From sequence record SRR22947727_1956: a DNA stretch of 37,148 nucleotides. The stretch is one strand, 5' to 3'. The notes beneath the pieces are model-generated. The model was not told where the DNA came from. It was given only the letters and a program-made list of their open reading frames with translations, and ran no database searches. Made by a program: the position numbers and the translations under genes. Below are positions 18,335 to 27,673 of this stretch, in pieces; position 1 is the stretch's first letter; each line of letters starts with the position of its first letter.

Positions 18335-19864
18335 TTAAACATGGTCCCCTTTGCGCAGGCGCGTTAAAAAGCCTGCGGCATCGCTGAGCACGGTTTCTTT
18401 GCGCGTCTCATCCATGCGTGCCCATGTGCGGTACATTTGTGCCATCCGAGGGTTCTTGGCAAACTTTTCCTCGTTCCGCAGAAGAAAATCCCAATATAAC
18501 AGGTTAAACGGGCAGGCAGATTCGCCAGTTTTTTGCGCGACCTTATACGCGCATGTTTTGCAATAATCTGACATGCGATTGATATAGGCGCCCGAGCTGA
18601 CATAAGGTTTTGAAGCGATAATGCCGGCATCTGCAAACTGGCTCATTCCGATCGTATTGGGCGCCTCGACCCATTCAAACGCATCTACATAAACCGCAAG
18701 ATACCATTCATGGACCGCGTGCGGATCAATGCCAGCCAAAAGCGCAAAATTGCCAGTCACCATCAGGCGTTGAATATGATGCGCGTAGCCTTCGCTGTGA
18801 GTTTGAGCAACTGCTTTTGAAAGGCAATTCATTTTTGTTGCGCCGTCCCAGTAAAACTTGGGCAATGGGTGAGAATGGTTCAAGGCATTGCGCGCCGTAT
18901 AATCTGGCCCTTCATGAAAATAAATCCCGCGCATATATTCGCGCCACCCTATGATCTGGCGAATGAACCCTTCAACGGCGTTTAACGGCGCCAAACCCGC
19001 CTGCCAGGCGGCTTCAGCCGCCTGGCACACCTCTATCGGGCTCAGCAATCCAATATTCAAATAAGGCGATAAAAACGCGTGATATAAGAATTTATTGTCG
19101 TTCAGCATCGCGTCCTGATAATCGCCAAAACTTACCAAAGCATCGTGAATAAAGCGATCCAATGCTTGCAAGGCCTGGCTGCGATCTGTGGCAAACCAAA
19201 ACCCCTCGGTGGTTCCAAAATGGTCTGAAAAGCGCCGGTCTACCAGATCGATTACCTGCTGCGTAAGCGCATCGGGTTCGAATTTTTTAGGCCCGGCATA
19301 GGTGATGTCTTTCGGCGCTGCTTTGCGGTTGTCATGGTCGAAATTCCATTTGCCGCCCGCTGGCAGCCCTTCTTCCATTAAAAAACCGGTTTTGCGGCGC
19401 ATATCGCGATAGAAATATTCCATCCGCAGGGCTTTGCGCCCTTCTGCCCAGCGATCAAACTCAGCATGGCTGGCGATAAAGCGATCATCCTGCAGCAGGG
19501 TCACATGCAAGGGCAGCGCCTCAAAGGCTTGGATAACCCGCCATTCAGCGGGTTCGGTCACAACCACTTGATCCGTGCCAGCCAAAGCGGCTTGGCGCAA
19601 AACCTCGCCGCTCAGGCTGCCGCTATTTTGGGCATCCTCCAGTTGCGTATACGCAACGTGCCAACCCTCTTGCCTGAGTTGCGTCGCAAATTTGCGCATT
19701 GCGGCCAAGATCAGCACAATCTTTTTAGGATGATGCGGCACGTAACCGGTTTCATCGCTGACTTCGGCCATCACGATTAAATCGTTGGCTTTATCCGCTT
19801 GCTTTAGGGCCGCAAGATTATGCGAAAGCTGATCGCCCAGAATAACAACGAGCTTTTTCACCAT
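18335..19864 (-). CDS. cryB: Fe-S bacterial cryptochrome/(6-4) photolyase (CryB/PhrB family)
   Basis: VILGDQL, HHPKK, LRMEYFYR, GGKWNFD, YAHHIQRLM and KPYVSSGAYINRMSDYC motifs; four Cys for a 4Fe-4S cluster (MNC, YCKTC, ACPFN). Confidence 0.93.
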   Translation of the reverse strand: MVKKLVVILGDQLSHNLAALKQADKANDLIVMAEVSDETGYVPHHPKKIVLILAAMRKFATQLRQEGWHVAYTQLEDAQNSGSLSGEVLRQAALAGTDQVVVTEPAEWRVIQAFEALPLHVTLLQDDRFIASHAEFDRWAEGRKALRMEYFYRDMRRKTGFLMEEGLPAGGKWNFDHDNRKAAPKDITYAGPKKFEPDALTQQVIDLVDRRFSDHFGTTEGFWFATDRSQALQALDRFIHDALVSFGDYQDAMLNDNKFLYHAFLSPYLNIGLLSPIEVCQAAEAAWQAGLAPLNAVEGFIRQIIGWREYMRGIYFHEGPDYTARNALNHSHPLPKFYWDGATKMNCLSKAVAQTHSEGYAHHIQRLMVTGNFALLAGIDPHAVHEWYLAVYVDAFEWVEAPNTIGMSQFADAGIIASKPYVSSGAYINRMSDYCKTCAYKVAQKTGESACPFNLLYWDFLLRNEEKFAKNPRMAQMYRTWARMDETRKETVLSDAAGFLTRLRKGDHV

Positions 19865-20523
19865 GGCACTGGTTTTCCTGCCCAGTCAAAAAACTGGCCT
19901 GTTTTATCGGGGCCAAGACCCTCAAGTACGGATAAGAGGTTAAGAGCGGCTTGGGCTGCAGGAACCGAAGGATGCCGGCCCAGATATTTGGCGGTGAAGG
20001 GCGTTTGCACTGTGCCTGGATGCAGGGCGACACAAACTGCCTGTTTATGCGTTCGGGCCAACTCGATGGCGCCGGTATGGATGATTTGGTTTAATGCGGC
20101 TTTTGCCGCGCGATAGGAATACCATCCGCCGATTTTATTATCCCCGATCGATCCAACCCTTGCGGATAAGGCCGCAAACTGGCTTGGGCGGTCTTTTGGC
20201 AACAGGCGCGGTGCGTGTTTCAAAATCAATGCAGGGCCAGCGGCGTTCACTATAAACTGTTCGACAAGCGCCGATTGAGTCAGCTGAGATAAGGCTTTTT
20301 CGGGGCGTGCGCCGTTTATTTCCAAAGCACCACTGGCCACGAGAATTGCGTCAAAGGGCCCGCTCAGGGCGGATAACTGCCCCTCTATGCTTGCCTCATC
20401 GCTCAGATCTAAGCCGGTATCTCGCCGGGACAGGCCCGTAACCTTTGCTCCGCGCGCTTCTAGCGTGCCTTGCAGCGCATGGCCTATACCGCCGCTATTT
20501 CCAATTAAAAGTATCGATTTCAT
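19858..20523 (-). CDS. Short-chain dehydrogenase/reductase, CsgA/C-factor-like
   Basis: [25 protein letters not shown] (YxxxK) and LHPGTV; overlaps the cryB start. Confidence 0.92.
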   Translation of the reverse strand: MKSILLIGNSGGIGHALQGTLEARGAKVTGLSRRDTGLDLSDEASIEGQLSALSGPFDAILVASGALEINGARPEKALSQLTQSALVEQFIVNAAGPALILKHAPRLLPKDRPSQFAALSARVGSIGDNKIGGWYSYRAAKAALNQIIHTGAIELARTHKQAVCVALHPGTVQTPFTAKYLGRHPSVPAAQAALNLLSVLEGLGPDKTGQFFDWAGKPVPW

Positions 20524-20530
20524 AGCTATG

Positions 20531-20558
20531 AACTAGAAGAGCCAACGGGCAGTTCAAG
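20531..20558 (-). promoter_or_regulatory. Putative RpoH (RpoHII-type) promoter CTTG-N18-CTAGTT for the SDR-cryB operon
   Basis: Minus strand reads CTTG aactgcccgttggctctt CTAGTT catagct ATG; no Shine-Dalgarno before the SDR gene. Confidence 0.55.
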
Positions 20559-20643
20559 GGTAGGCAAAGCGCGGCCTTTGGCTTGCTCATTCTTAGAGGC
20601 TGGGCTACACCGCGCATCAAACGCCCAGATCAGGATGGACGGT

Positions 20644-22116
20644 ATGGCCAAAGTGAAGAAAACCCCGCGCCCCAAGGCGCAAACCCCAAAAGGGTTTCGA
20701 GATTATGCGGGCGCCGAGGTGGCGCAACGCGATGCAATGCTGGGTCAAATTGCAGAGGTTTATCACCGCTACGGGTTTGAAGTGCTGGAAACCAGCGCGG
20801 TGGAAACGGTCGAGGCTTTGGGCAAATTTCTGCCAGATGTGGAGCGCCCGAATGCGGGAGTTTTTGCCTGGCAGGAAGAAGAAGGGGATTGGCTGGCGCT
20901 TCGGTATGATCTGACGGCGCCCTTGGCACGCTATTACGCCCAGTTTCGCAATGAGTTGCCAAGCCCGTTTCGGCGCTATGCGATGGGCCCGGTTTGGCGC
21001 AATGAAAAGCCAGGCCCCGGGCGGTTTCGGCAATTTTACCAATGCGACGCTGATACAGTGGGCTCAGCAAACGTGGCGGCGGATGCCGAAATTTGCAGCT
21101 TGTTGGCAGATACGCTGGAAACCGTTGGCATTCCGCGTGGGGATTACCTCGTGCGGGTGAATAATCGCAAGATTTTAAATGGGGTTCTAGAAACGGCAGG
21201 GTTGATCGAAGGTGAGGATCGGGATGCCGTTCTGCGCACAATCGATAAATTTGACAAGATCGGCGCTGCAGGTGTGCAAGAGCTGCTTGGAAAGGGCCGG
21301 TTAGACGCGTCAGGAGCCTATATTGACGGGGTAGGATTAAGCGCTGATCAAGCGGCTCCAGTGGTGGCCTTTTTAACGTCAAAAGGCGCAGATGGGGGGG
21401 CAACTTTGCGCAATTTGCGCGAGGCAATCGGCGCGTCAGCGATTGGGTTAGAGGGGATTGCTGAACTGGAAACAATGGCAGATCTGTTTACAGCCTCTGG
21501 TTATGGACCCGAGCAAATCGAAATTGATCCTTCGGTTGTGCGTGGCTTGGGCTATTATACCGGCCCGGTTTTTGAAGCTGAACTGACCTTTGAAATACTG
21601 GATGAAAAGGGCCGTAAGCGGCAATTTGGATCCGTGTCTGGCGGCGGGCGTTATGACGATTTGGTCAAACGCTTCACCGGCCAATCGGTGCCGGCCACGG
21701 GCGTATCGATCGGGGTGGATCGCTTGCTCGCCGCGCTGCGCGCAAAAGGGCGGCTTTCCAGCGCTGGGCGGGGGCCGATCGTGGTGACGGTGATGGATCG
21801 GGACAAGATGTCTGCCTATCAGGCTTTGGCAGCAGAATTGCGCGGTGCGGGCTTGCGCGCCGAAGTTTATTTGGGCAATCCCAAAAACTTTGGCAATCAG
21901 TTGAAATATGCCGATCAACGCGACGCACCGATTGCGATTATTGAAGGTCAGGATGAGCGGGAGCGCGGCGTTGTACAGGTTAAAGATTTGGTGCTGGGGG
22001 CGCAGATTGCCAAAAATGCCACGTTGGATGAATGGAAAGACCGCCCCAGTCAATATGAGGTTGCGCGCGGCGATATGCTGACGAAGATCCGCGAAATTCT
22101 AGCTGGGCAAGGGTAA
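20644..22116 (+). CDS. hisS: Histidine--tRNA ligase
   Basis: [44 protein letters not shown] and a C-terminal anticodon-binding domain. Confidence 0.97.
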   Translation: MAKVKKTPRPKAQTPKGFRDYAGAEVAQRDAMLGQIAEVYHRYGFEVLETSAVETVEALGKFLPDVERPNAGVFAWQEEEGDWLALRYDLTAPLARYYAQFRNELPSPFRRYAMGPVWRNEKPGPGRFRQFYQCDADTVGSANVAADAEICSLLADTLETVGIPRGDYLVRVNNRKILNGVLETAGLIEGEDRDAVLRTIDKFDKIGAAGVQELLGKGRLDASGAYIDGVGLSADQAAPVVAFLTSKGADGGATLRNLREAIGASAIGLEGIAELETMADLFTASGYGPEQIEIDPSVVRGLGYYTGPVFEAELTFEILDEKGRKRQFGSVSGGGRYDDLVKRFTGQSVPATGVSIGVDRLLAALRAKGRLSSAGRGPIVVTVMDRDKMSAYQALAAELRGAGLRAEVYLGNPKNFGNQLKYADQRDAPIAIIEGQDERERGVVQVKDLVLGAQIAKNATLDEWKDRPSQYEVARGDMLTKIREILAGQG

Positions 22117-23204
22117 TGCAGAGCGCACAAGACAGTTTGCAAGAAGCGCAAAGGCTACACCAGTATTTTCAGGCGCTGGGGGCACAAGATGCGCAAGTGC
22201 AGGTGCTACAACCGGCGGAAATACTTCTGGATCTATATGGAGAAGATATTCGAAGCCGCGCTTACGTGACGCCTGATCCCTTGCGCGGCGATATGGTGTT
22301 GCGGCCTGATTTCACCGTGCCAGTGGTGCAGCAACATATGGCGAATGCTTTGATGCCGGCGCGTTACACCTATTCTGGTAAAGTGTTTCGGATGCAGGAA
22401 AGCGATGCCTTGCGGCCGAATGAATATATTCAGGTGGGTTATGAGCTGTTCGAACAGGGGGATCCTGCGGTCGCTGATGCCGAAGTGTTTTTGGCGATTG
22501 CAAAAGCGCTGTCTGATTTGCCGCTTCGGATTGCCACGGGCGATATCAACCTGCTCAGCGCGGCTGTGCGGGGGTTGAATACAACAGCCGCGCGCAAAGC
22601 CGCCTTGATGCGCCATTTATGGCGTCCGCAACGGTTTCGGGCGCTTTTGAAACGTTTTGCCTCGGCATCTGCTGACCGCAAAGCGCAAAAACAAAAGCTG
22701 TTCACCTCGGATCCATTTGCGCAATGCGGCCCCCAAATTGGCTTGCGCGGCAAAGGGGAAATTGAACATAGAATACAGGCATTGCGCCACGAGGCTGAGA
22801 CCCCGGCTTTGTCTGAAACTGAAGTGGATTTACTGGAAGCTTTGTTGAAAATCAAAGAAAGCTGTCCCTATGCGCTGGCGCAGTTGCGCGATCTGGTGGT
22901 TGATATGCCGGCGATTTCAACCGCGGTGGAAGGGTTTTCACGGCGCTTGAACGCGCTTGATGCAAAGGGTGTGGATGTATCCTCATTGGCGTTTGAGACC
23001 AGCTATGGGCGAAGCTCCATGGAATATTATGACGGGTTTGTCTTTGGGTTTTATGCTCAAAATGGACAAAATGGTCTTTCCGCTATCGCCAGTGGCGGGC
23101 GATATGATGCTTTAACCAAGCAACTTGGCAAGGGCGTTACAATGCCAGCCGTTGGCGGGGTCATTCGCCCAGATTTGGTGGTTGCCTTGCGAGGTGCAGC
23201 ATGA
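22116..23204 (+). CDS. hisZ: ATP phosphoribosyltransferase regulatory subunit
   Basis: LRPDFTVP, YSGKVFR, QVGYE, EYYDGFVF and GGRYD motifs; TAATG coupling to hisS; precedes short hisG. Confidence 0.94.
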   Translation: MQSAQDSLQEAQRLHQYFQALGAQDAQVQVLQPAEILLDLYGEDIRSRAYVTPDPLRGDMVLRPDFTVPVVQQHMANALMPARYTYSGKVFRMQESDALRPNEYIQVGYELFEQGDPAVADAEVFLAIAKALSDLPLRIATGDINLLSAAVRGLNTTAARKAALMRHLWRPQRFRALLKRFASASADRKAQKQKLFTSDPFAQCGPQIGLRGKGEIEHRIQALRHEAETPALSETEVDLLEALLKIKESCPYALAQLRDLVVDMPAISTAVEGFSRRLNALDAKGVDVSSLAFETSYGRSSMEYYDGFVFGFYAQNGQNGLSAIASGGRYDALTKQLGKGVTMPAVGGVIRPDLVVALRGAA

Positions 23205-23893
23205 GTTTGCGATTGGGAGTCCCCTCCAAGGGGCGGCTTATGGAGAAAACCTTTGCCTGGTTCGGGGCACATGGCATTATGCTCTCGCGCAGCGGGTCCG
23301 AACGCGAATATGCCGCTGAAGTGCACGGTATCGACGGGTTGGAATTGGTTTTGTTATCCGCAGGCGAAATACCACGCGAGTTGCAAGCTGGGCGCATCCA
23401 TTTGGGTGTAACCGGCACCGATCTTATTCGCGAAAAGCTGGTCAATTGGGAGCAGCGGGTGGAACCGCTGGTTGAATTGGGCTTCGGGCATGCCGATCTG
23501 ATCATCGCTGTACCGGATTGCTGGGTGGATGTGGAAACGGTAGATGATCTTGATGGCGCGGCCGCGGCCTTTCGCCAAACCCACGGATTTCGGCTGCGGA
23601 TCGCCACAAAATATCATCGTTTGGTGCGGGAATTTCTACGCGGTGCTGGCGTGGCTGATTATCGTTTGGTGGACAGTCAAGGCGCCACGGAAGGCACGAT
23701 AAAGCATCAAACGGCGGAGGCCGTCGCCGATATAACCTCGAGTGGGGAAACGCTGCGGGCCAATCACCTGCGCATTCTGCAAGACGGGTTGGTGCTGAAA
23801 TCGCAGGCCACGCTGTTTCGCGCCCGCGGCGAGCTATTGAACCCGCAGAGGGCTGAGGTGTTAGAGGCATTGAAAGCCCGCTTGCAGCTTTAA
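23201..23893 (+). CDS. hisG: ATP phosphoribosyltransferase, short form
   Basis: PSKGRL, GVTGTDL, IATKY, GATE and DITSSGETLRAN motifs; 230 aa without a C-terminal regulatory domain. Confidence 0.96.
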   Translation: MSLRLGVPSKGRLMEKTFAWFGAHGIMLSRSGSEREYAAEVHGIDGLELVLLSAGEIPRELQAGRIHLGVTGTDLIREKLVNWEQRVEPLVELGFGHADLIIAVPDCWVDVETVDDLDGAAAAFRQTHGFRLRIATKYHRLVREFLRGAGVADYRLVDSQGATEGTIKHQTAEAVADITSSGETLRANHLRILQDGLVLKSQATLFRARGELLNPQRAEVLEALKARLQL

Positions 23894-24321
23894 AACACTC
23901 CGATATCGGCCAAAGCCCCCGCCAATTCGACGGGCAAATCCTCTTCGTCTTGACGGTTGCCAGGCAAATCGGCTGGCGCCTGCTCGGGTTTTAAATAGCG
24001 CCATCCTTGGAAGGGGCGCTTTTGCGCCAAATGGGTGCGGATAATCTCGGGGTCAAGCACGATGGCACAGCGCCTGATGCCGTCTTCGCGATATATTTCA
24101 TCCAGGCGTAGAATTTTTTGACGACATTGCAGCTGCCCTTTGATGACCCAGTAGATCGAGCCCCCTTTGAGCAAATCCGCCTCGCGTTTGGGCCACATCC
24201 GCGTGACATGGCGGGGCGCTCCATCTTCAGCTTGCGCGCGCTTCGTGGCCTGCCAGGCGCGCAGATCCTCAACGCCTTCGCTGCCAACGCTCAATTTTAC
24301 CAGATGGATTAAACCTGCCAT
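23890..24321 (-). CDS. DUF1489 family protein
   Basis: HLVKLSVG, HVTRMWPKR, GGSIYWVIKG and RPFQGWRYL motifs typical of alphaproteobacterial DUF1489. Confidence 0.9.
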   Translation of the reverse strand: MAGLIHLVKLSVGSEGVEDLRAWQATKRAQAEDGAPRHVTRMWPKREADLLKGGSIYWVIKGQLQCRQKILRLDEIYREDGIRRCAIVLDPEIIRTHLAQKRPFQGWRYLKPEQAPADLPGNRQDEEDLPVELAGALADIGVF

Positions 24322-24377
24322 TTGATTTCCCAAAACTACCTGAAGCGTAAGTTAACTTTTTCAGATGATTTGGCAAG

Positions 24378-24406
24378 TTGACCTGACGCAGATGCCGCTT
24401 TAGGCT
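24378..24406 (+). promoter_or_regulatory. Putative sigma70 promoter of nrdJ (TTGACC-N17-TAGGCT)
   Basis: Near-consensus -35 and -10 elements with a 17-nt spacer, about 80 bp upstream of the ATG. Confidence 0.6.
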
Positions 24407-24484
24407 GGAGGCCCCGTGAATGATAGTCATCCGCCGCGTTGCCCTTTTGGAAGGCGCGGCTGCACATAAGCCAAAGGATCTGAT

Positions 24485-26746
24485 ATGAGCCGATTTTCTG
24501 CGCCGATTGCCGAACAGATTTGGGATATGAAATATCGCTTGAAAACGGCGGATCACGAACCGATCGATGCTTGCGTTGAAGAAAGCTGGCGGCGCGTTGC
24601 CAAGGATCTGGCCCGCGTTGAGGCGGAGCCCCGTATTTGGGAGGAAAAATTCTACGCTGCTTTGGAAGATTTTAAATTTTTGCCCGCCGGGCGGATTGCC
24701 GCTGGCGCCGGGACGCAGCGCAAAGTCACGCTGTTCAATTGCTTTGTGATGGGCACGGTGCCCGATGATATGGGTGGTATTTTTGATATGCTCAAGGAAG
24801 CCGCGCTGACCATGCAGCAGGGCGGAGGGATCGGGTATGATTTTAGCACGATCCGCCCCAAAGGTGCTTTGGTCAAGGGCGTGGCTGCAGATGCATCGGG
24901 GCCGCTCTCGTTCATGGATGTCTGGGACAGTATGTGCCGCACTATTATGAGCGCGGGATCGCGCCGTGGCGCGATGATGGCCACATTGCGCTGTGATCAC
25001 CCCGATATTGAAGATTTTATTGCTGCGAAATCGGATCCGGCGCGGTTGCGCATGTTCAACGTTTCGGTGCTGGTGACGGATCCGTTTATGGCGGCGGTGA
25101 AGGCGGATGATGACTGGGATCTGGTGTTTGAGGGGCGAATTTACAAAACGCTTTCGGCGCGCAAGCTCTGGGATCAAATTATGCAATCGACCTACGAGTT
25201 TGCCGAGCCAGGAGTGATTTTCATAGATCGGATCAATCAGGCCAATAATTTGAGCTATTGCGAAACCATCGCAGCCACAAACCCCTGCGGAGAACAACCT
25301 TTGCCACCCTATGGGGCCTGTTTGCTGGGCTCGATCAATCTGGCGCGCCTGGTAGAGGCGCCCTTTGAACGTGGCGCGCAATTAAGCGCGGCGGCGCTTC
25401 AGGATCTGGTGGCAACCGCCGTGCGGATGATGGATAATGTGGTGGATGCCTCAAATTTTCCGCTTGAGGCGCAGGCGCTTGAGGCGCGCAATAAGCGCCG
25501 GATCGGGCTTGGGGTAACCGGCTTGGCCGATGCGTTATTGATGCTTGGCTTGCGCTATGGCTCCGAGGCAGCGGCACGGCAAACCGAAGATTGGTTGCAC
25601 GCGATCGCGCGCGCCGCCTATCTGGCCTCGGTGCAATTGGCCAAGGAAAAGGGCGCGTTTCCGCTCTTTGAGGCAGATCCTTATCTGGCCTCGGGCGCGA
25701 TGCAGGGAATGGATGAGGATGTGCGCGCCGAAATCGCAACGCATGGCATTAGAAACGCTTTGCTCACATCCATCGCCCCAACCGGCACTATTAGCCTTTA
25801 TGCCGGCAATGTCAGTTCGGGGATTGAGCCGGTTTTCGCCTATGCCTATACGCGCAAAGTGCTGCAAAAAGACGGATCGCGCAGCGAAGAAGAAGTTGTG
25901 GATTACGCCGTTCAAATGTGGCGCGATAAATTCGGTGATGCCGATCTGCCCGATTATTTTGTCAACGCGCAAACCCTTGCCCCAAAAGATCACGTAAAAA
26001 TGCAGGCGGCGGCGCAAAAATGGGTGGATAGCTCAATCTCGAAAACCATCAATTGCCCCGAAGATATCAGCTTTGAGGCGTTCAAAGAAGTCTATAGCGC
26101 CGCCTATGAAAGCGGCTGTAAAGGCTGCACGACCTATCGACCCAACGCGGTGACCGGCTCGGTGCTAAGCGTGTCTGAAAGCAGCGAGACCACGCCCGAA
26201 ACCGATCAGGGCGCCGAGGTGATCTATATGTCCGAGCCGCTGGACCGCCCGCAGGCCTTAGAAGGGCAGACCTATAAGCTGAAATGGCCCGATAGCGAGC
26301 ATGCGATTTATCTTACGGTGAATGATGTGGTGGTGAATGGTCACCGGCGCCCGTTTGAAGTGTTCATCAATTCGAAAAACATGGAGCATTTTGCATGGAC
26401 GGTGGCGCTGACGCGGATGATTTCCGCCGTGTTCCGGCGCGGGGGCGATGTGTCTTTCGTGGTGGAAGAGCTAAAGGCCGTGTTTGATCCGCGCGGCGGC
26501 GCCTGGATCAAGGGCAAATATATCCCCTCGATTCTGGCGGCGATTGGCGGCGTTTTGGAAACCCATATGGTGGCGATCGGATTTTTGGAAGGCGAAGGGC
26601 TGGGGCTCAAGCAAGATCCGCAGGCCGTGATGCCGGCAGGTGCTTCGGGCAAGGGCAAAGCCTGTTCCAGCTGTGGGCAATATGATTTGCGCATGGTGGA
26701 AGGCTGCATGACCTGCGCCAGTTGCGGCTATTCCAAATGTGGCTGA
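24485..26746 (+). CDS. nrdJ: Adenosylcobalamin-dependent (class II) ribonucleotide reductase
   Basis: TLFNCFV, GGGIGYDFS, TNPCGEQ (thiyl-radical Cys), IAPTGTIS, SSISKTIN; C-terminal TSCPD-like region and CxxC..CxxCxxC tail; no ATP cone or intein apparent. Confidence 0.96.
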   Translation: MSRFSAPIAEQIWDMKYRLKTADHEPIDACVEESWRRVAKDLARVEAEPRIWEEKFYAALEDFKFLPAGRIAAGAGTQRKVTLFNCFVMGTVPDDMGGIFDMLKEAALTMQQGGGIGYDFSTIRPKGALVKGVAADASGPLSFMDVWDSMCRTIMSAGSRRGAMMATLRCDHPDIEDFIAAKSDPARLRMFNVSVLVTDPFMAAVKADDDWDLVFEGRIYKTLSARKLWDQIMQSTYEFAEPGVIFIDRINQANNLSYCETIAATNPCGEQPLPPYGACLLGSINLARLVEAPFERGAQLSAAALQDLVATAVRMMDNVVDASNFPLEAQALEARNKRRIGLGVTGLADALLMLGLRYGSEAAARQTEDWLHAIARAAYLASVQLAKEKGAFPLFEADPYLASGAMQGMDEDVRAEIATHGIRNALLTSIAPTGTISLYAGNVSSGIEPVFAYAYTRKVLQKDGSRSEEEVVDYAVQMWRDKFGDADLPDYFVNAQTLAPKDHVKMQAAAQKWVDSSISKTINCPEDISFEAFKEVYSAAYESGCKGCTTYRPNAVTGSVLSVSESSETTPETDQGAEVIYMSEPLDRPQALEGQTYKLKWPDSEHAIYLTVNDVVVNGHRRPFEVFINSKNMEHFAWTVALTRMISAVFRRGGDVSFVVEELKAVFDPRGGAWIKGKYIPSILAAIGGVLETHMVAIGFLEGEGLGLKQDPQAVMPAGASGKGKACSSCGQYDLRMVEGCMTCASCGYSKCG

Positions 26747-26864
26747 GTTACTGTGGTTCTCGCTTTGATGTTTGAGGCGAGTTAGCGCGGTTCTGCCAAT
26801 CAGCAATGCGCAAACTCACGGCCCAGTGCGCTGTGTTCAGGCGCGCTAATATCAAAGCGCCGGT

Positions 26865-26893
26865 TTGCCCTGCCCTAAAACGGCCATTATTCT
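26865..26893 (+). promoter_or_regulatory. Putative sigma70 promoter (TTGCCC-N17-TATTCT) of the orphan lipoprotein
   Basis: Motif and spacing read directly, 37 bp upstream of ATG 26931. Confidence 0.5.
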
Positions 26894-26930
26894 TTGCTTT
26901 AACTGATGCGTTTTTAACGAGTGTTGGTTT

Positions 26931-27386
26931 ATGCGGTATATTTTTATCTTGGCGCTTTGCGCATTAATGGGTTGCGAGGAAAAAGAGGTAATCGAACCTT
27001 TGGCCATTACGCCGTCCGGTTGGCCCGAGGCTATTTTTAAAAACAAAAGCCGAAAATCATTATCCGAAACCTTTGCTGTTCATTGCGCTAAGCTTGGCGC
27101 GACGATTGTCGAAGAATCCGAAACCCGCGTGAAATGCGATGCAAATATTACCGAAGGCGAGAAAGAGTGGGGACGCATGTTTCTGGGCACGGGCCATTCC
27201 AGCGATATCCATGTCTATATTCAATTTAATCTGATCAAACGCGGCGCGGATACGCATGTGCAAGTTCTGAATTGGATGCAGCTGCAAATGCCAAGGGTGC
27301 AGATCCGGCGTAAAGACTTTAATACGCCTTTTTACAATAATGATGCGCAAGCCTATTTGTATAAAATTGGGGGGCAGCCGGTTTAA
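26931..27386 (+). CDS. Hypothetical lipoprotein, possibly phage-derived
   Basis: Short signal peptide with lipobox LMG|C; globular 151-aa sequence, more AT-rich than its neighbours. Confidence 0.8.
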   Translation: MRYIFILALCALMGCEEKEVIEPLAITPSGWPEAIFKNKSRKSLSETFAVHCAKLGATIVEESETRVKCDANITEGEKEWGRMFLGTGHSSDIHVYIQFNLIKRGADTHVQVLNWMQLQMPRVQIRRKDFNTPFYNNDAQAYLYKIGGQPV

Positions 27387-27637
27387 CCGCACTGCGGTTT
27401 TGGACTGGGCCCGAAATGCTGACGCATCGGGCGATCCAATTGCCCCGCCATTATTCCGCCCTTTACCACATCCAAAATGGTGATCTCCAAGCCTTGACCA
27501 TCGGCGCTGGGGCGCGACTCGACCTCTGTATGCGGGGCTTGATTGTAAATATTTACCTTCATCCCGCCCAGCGCTTGCCCGCCGCTGCTGCCGCCCACCA
27601 GCCCGCCGGTTGCAAGCCCGCCTAACGCCTTTTTCAA
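27383..27637 (-). pseudogene. Fragment resembling the C-terminus of a phage tail tape-measure protein
   Basis: LATGGLVGG...KVNIYNQAP..VESR.SADG.GLEITI.DVV..GI..G.LDR.MR..FG pattern. An in-frame TAA at 27662-27664 leaves no N-terminal portion. Family recognised by eye, no search run. Confidence 0.6.
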
Positions 27638-27673
27638 ACTGGCCTTTCGCGGCGCTGCAAATTACAACACAGC

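Noticed and set aside
24333..24348. NrdR box (AAACTACCTGAAGCGT)
   Set aside because: Misses two of the most conserved positions of acaCwAtATaTwGtgt, and no second box is visible
24322..24484. Cobalamin riboswitch upstream of nrdJ
   Set aside because: No B12-box or GGGAA/ACTG core, and the leader after the predicted promoter is too short (about 70 nt)
24269..25381. 370-aa antisense ORF over nrdJ (and similar long shadow ORFs at 5255-6103, 20630-21475 and 32509-33285)
   Set aside because: Antisense shadows of strongly conserved genes with no family motifs; expected from codon bias
24485..26746. Intein or intron in nrdJ
   Set aside because: Length is normal, the catalytic motifs are contiguous, and there are no C/S...HN splice or homing-endonuclease motifs
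26756..26775. LexA box (GTTC-N7-GTTC) after nrdJ
   Set aside because: The second half-site reads GATG, not GTTC
26747..27673. Intact prophage or gene transfer agent cluster
   Set aside because: Only one tail-like fragment; no integrase, capsid, terminase or visible att repeats
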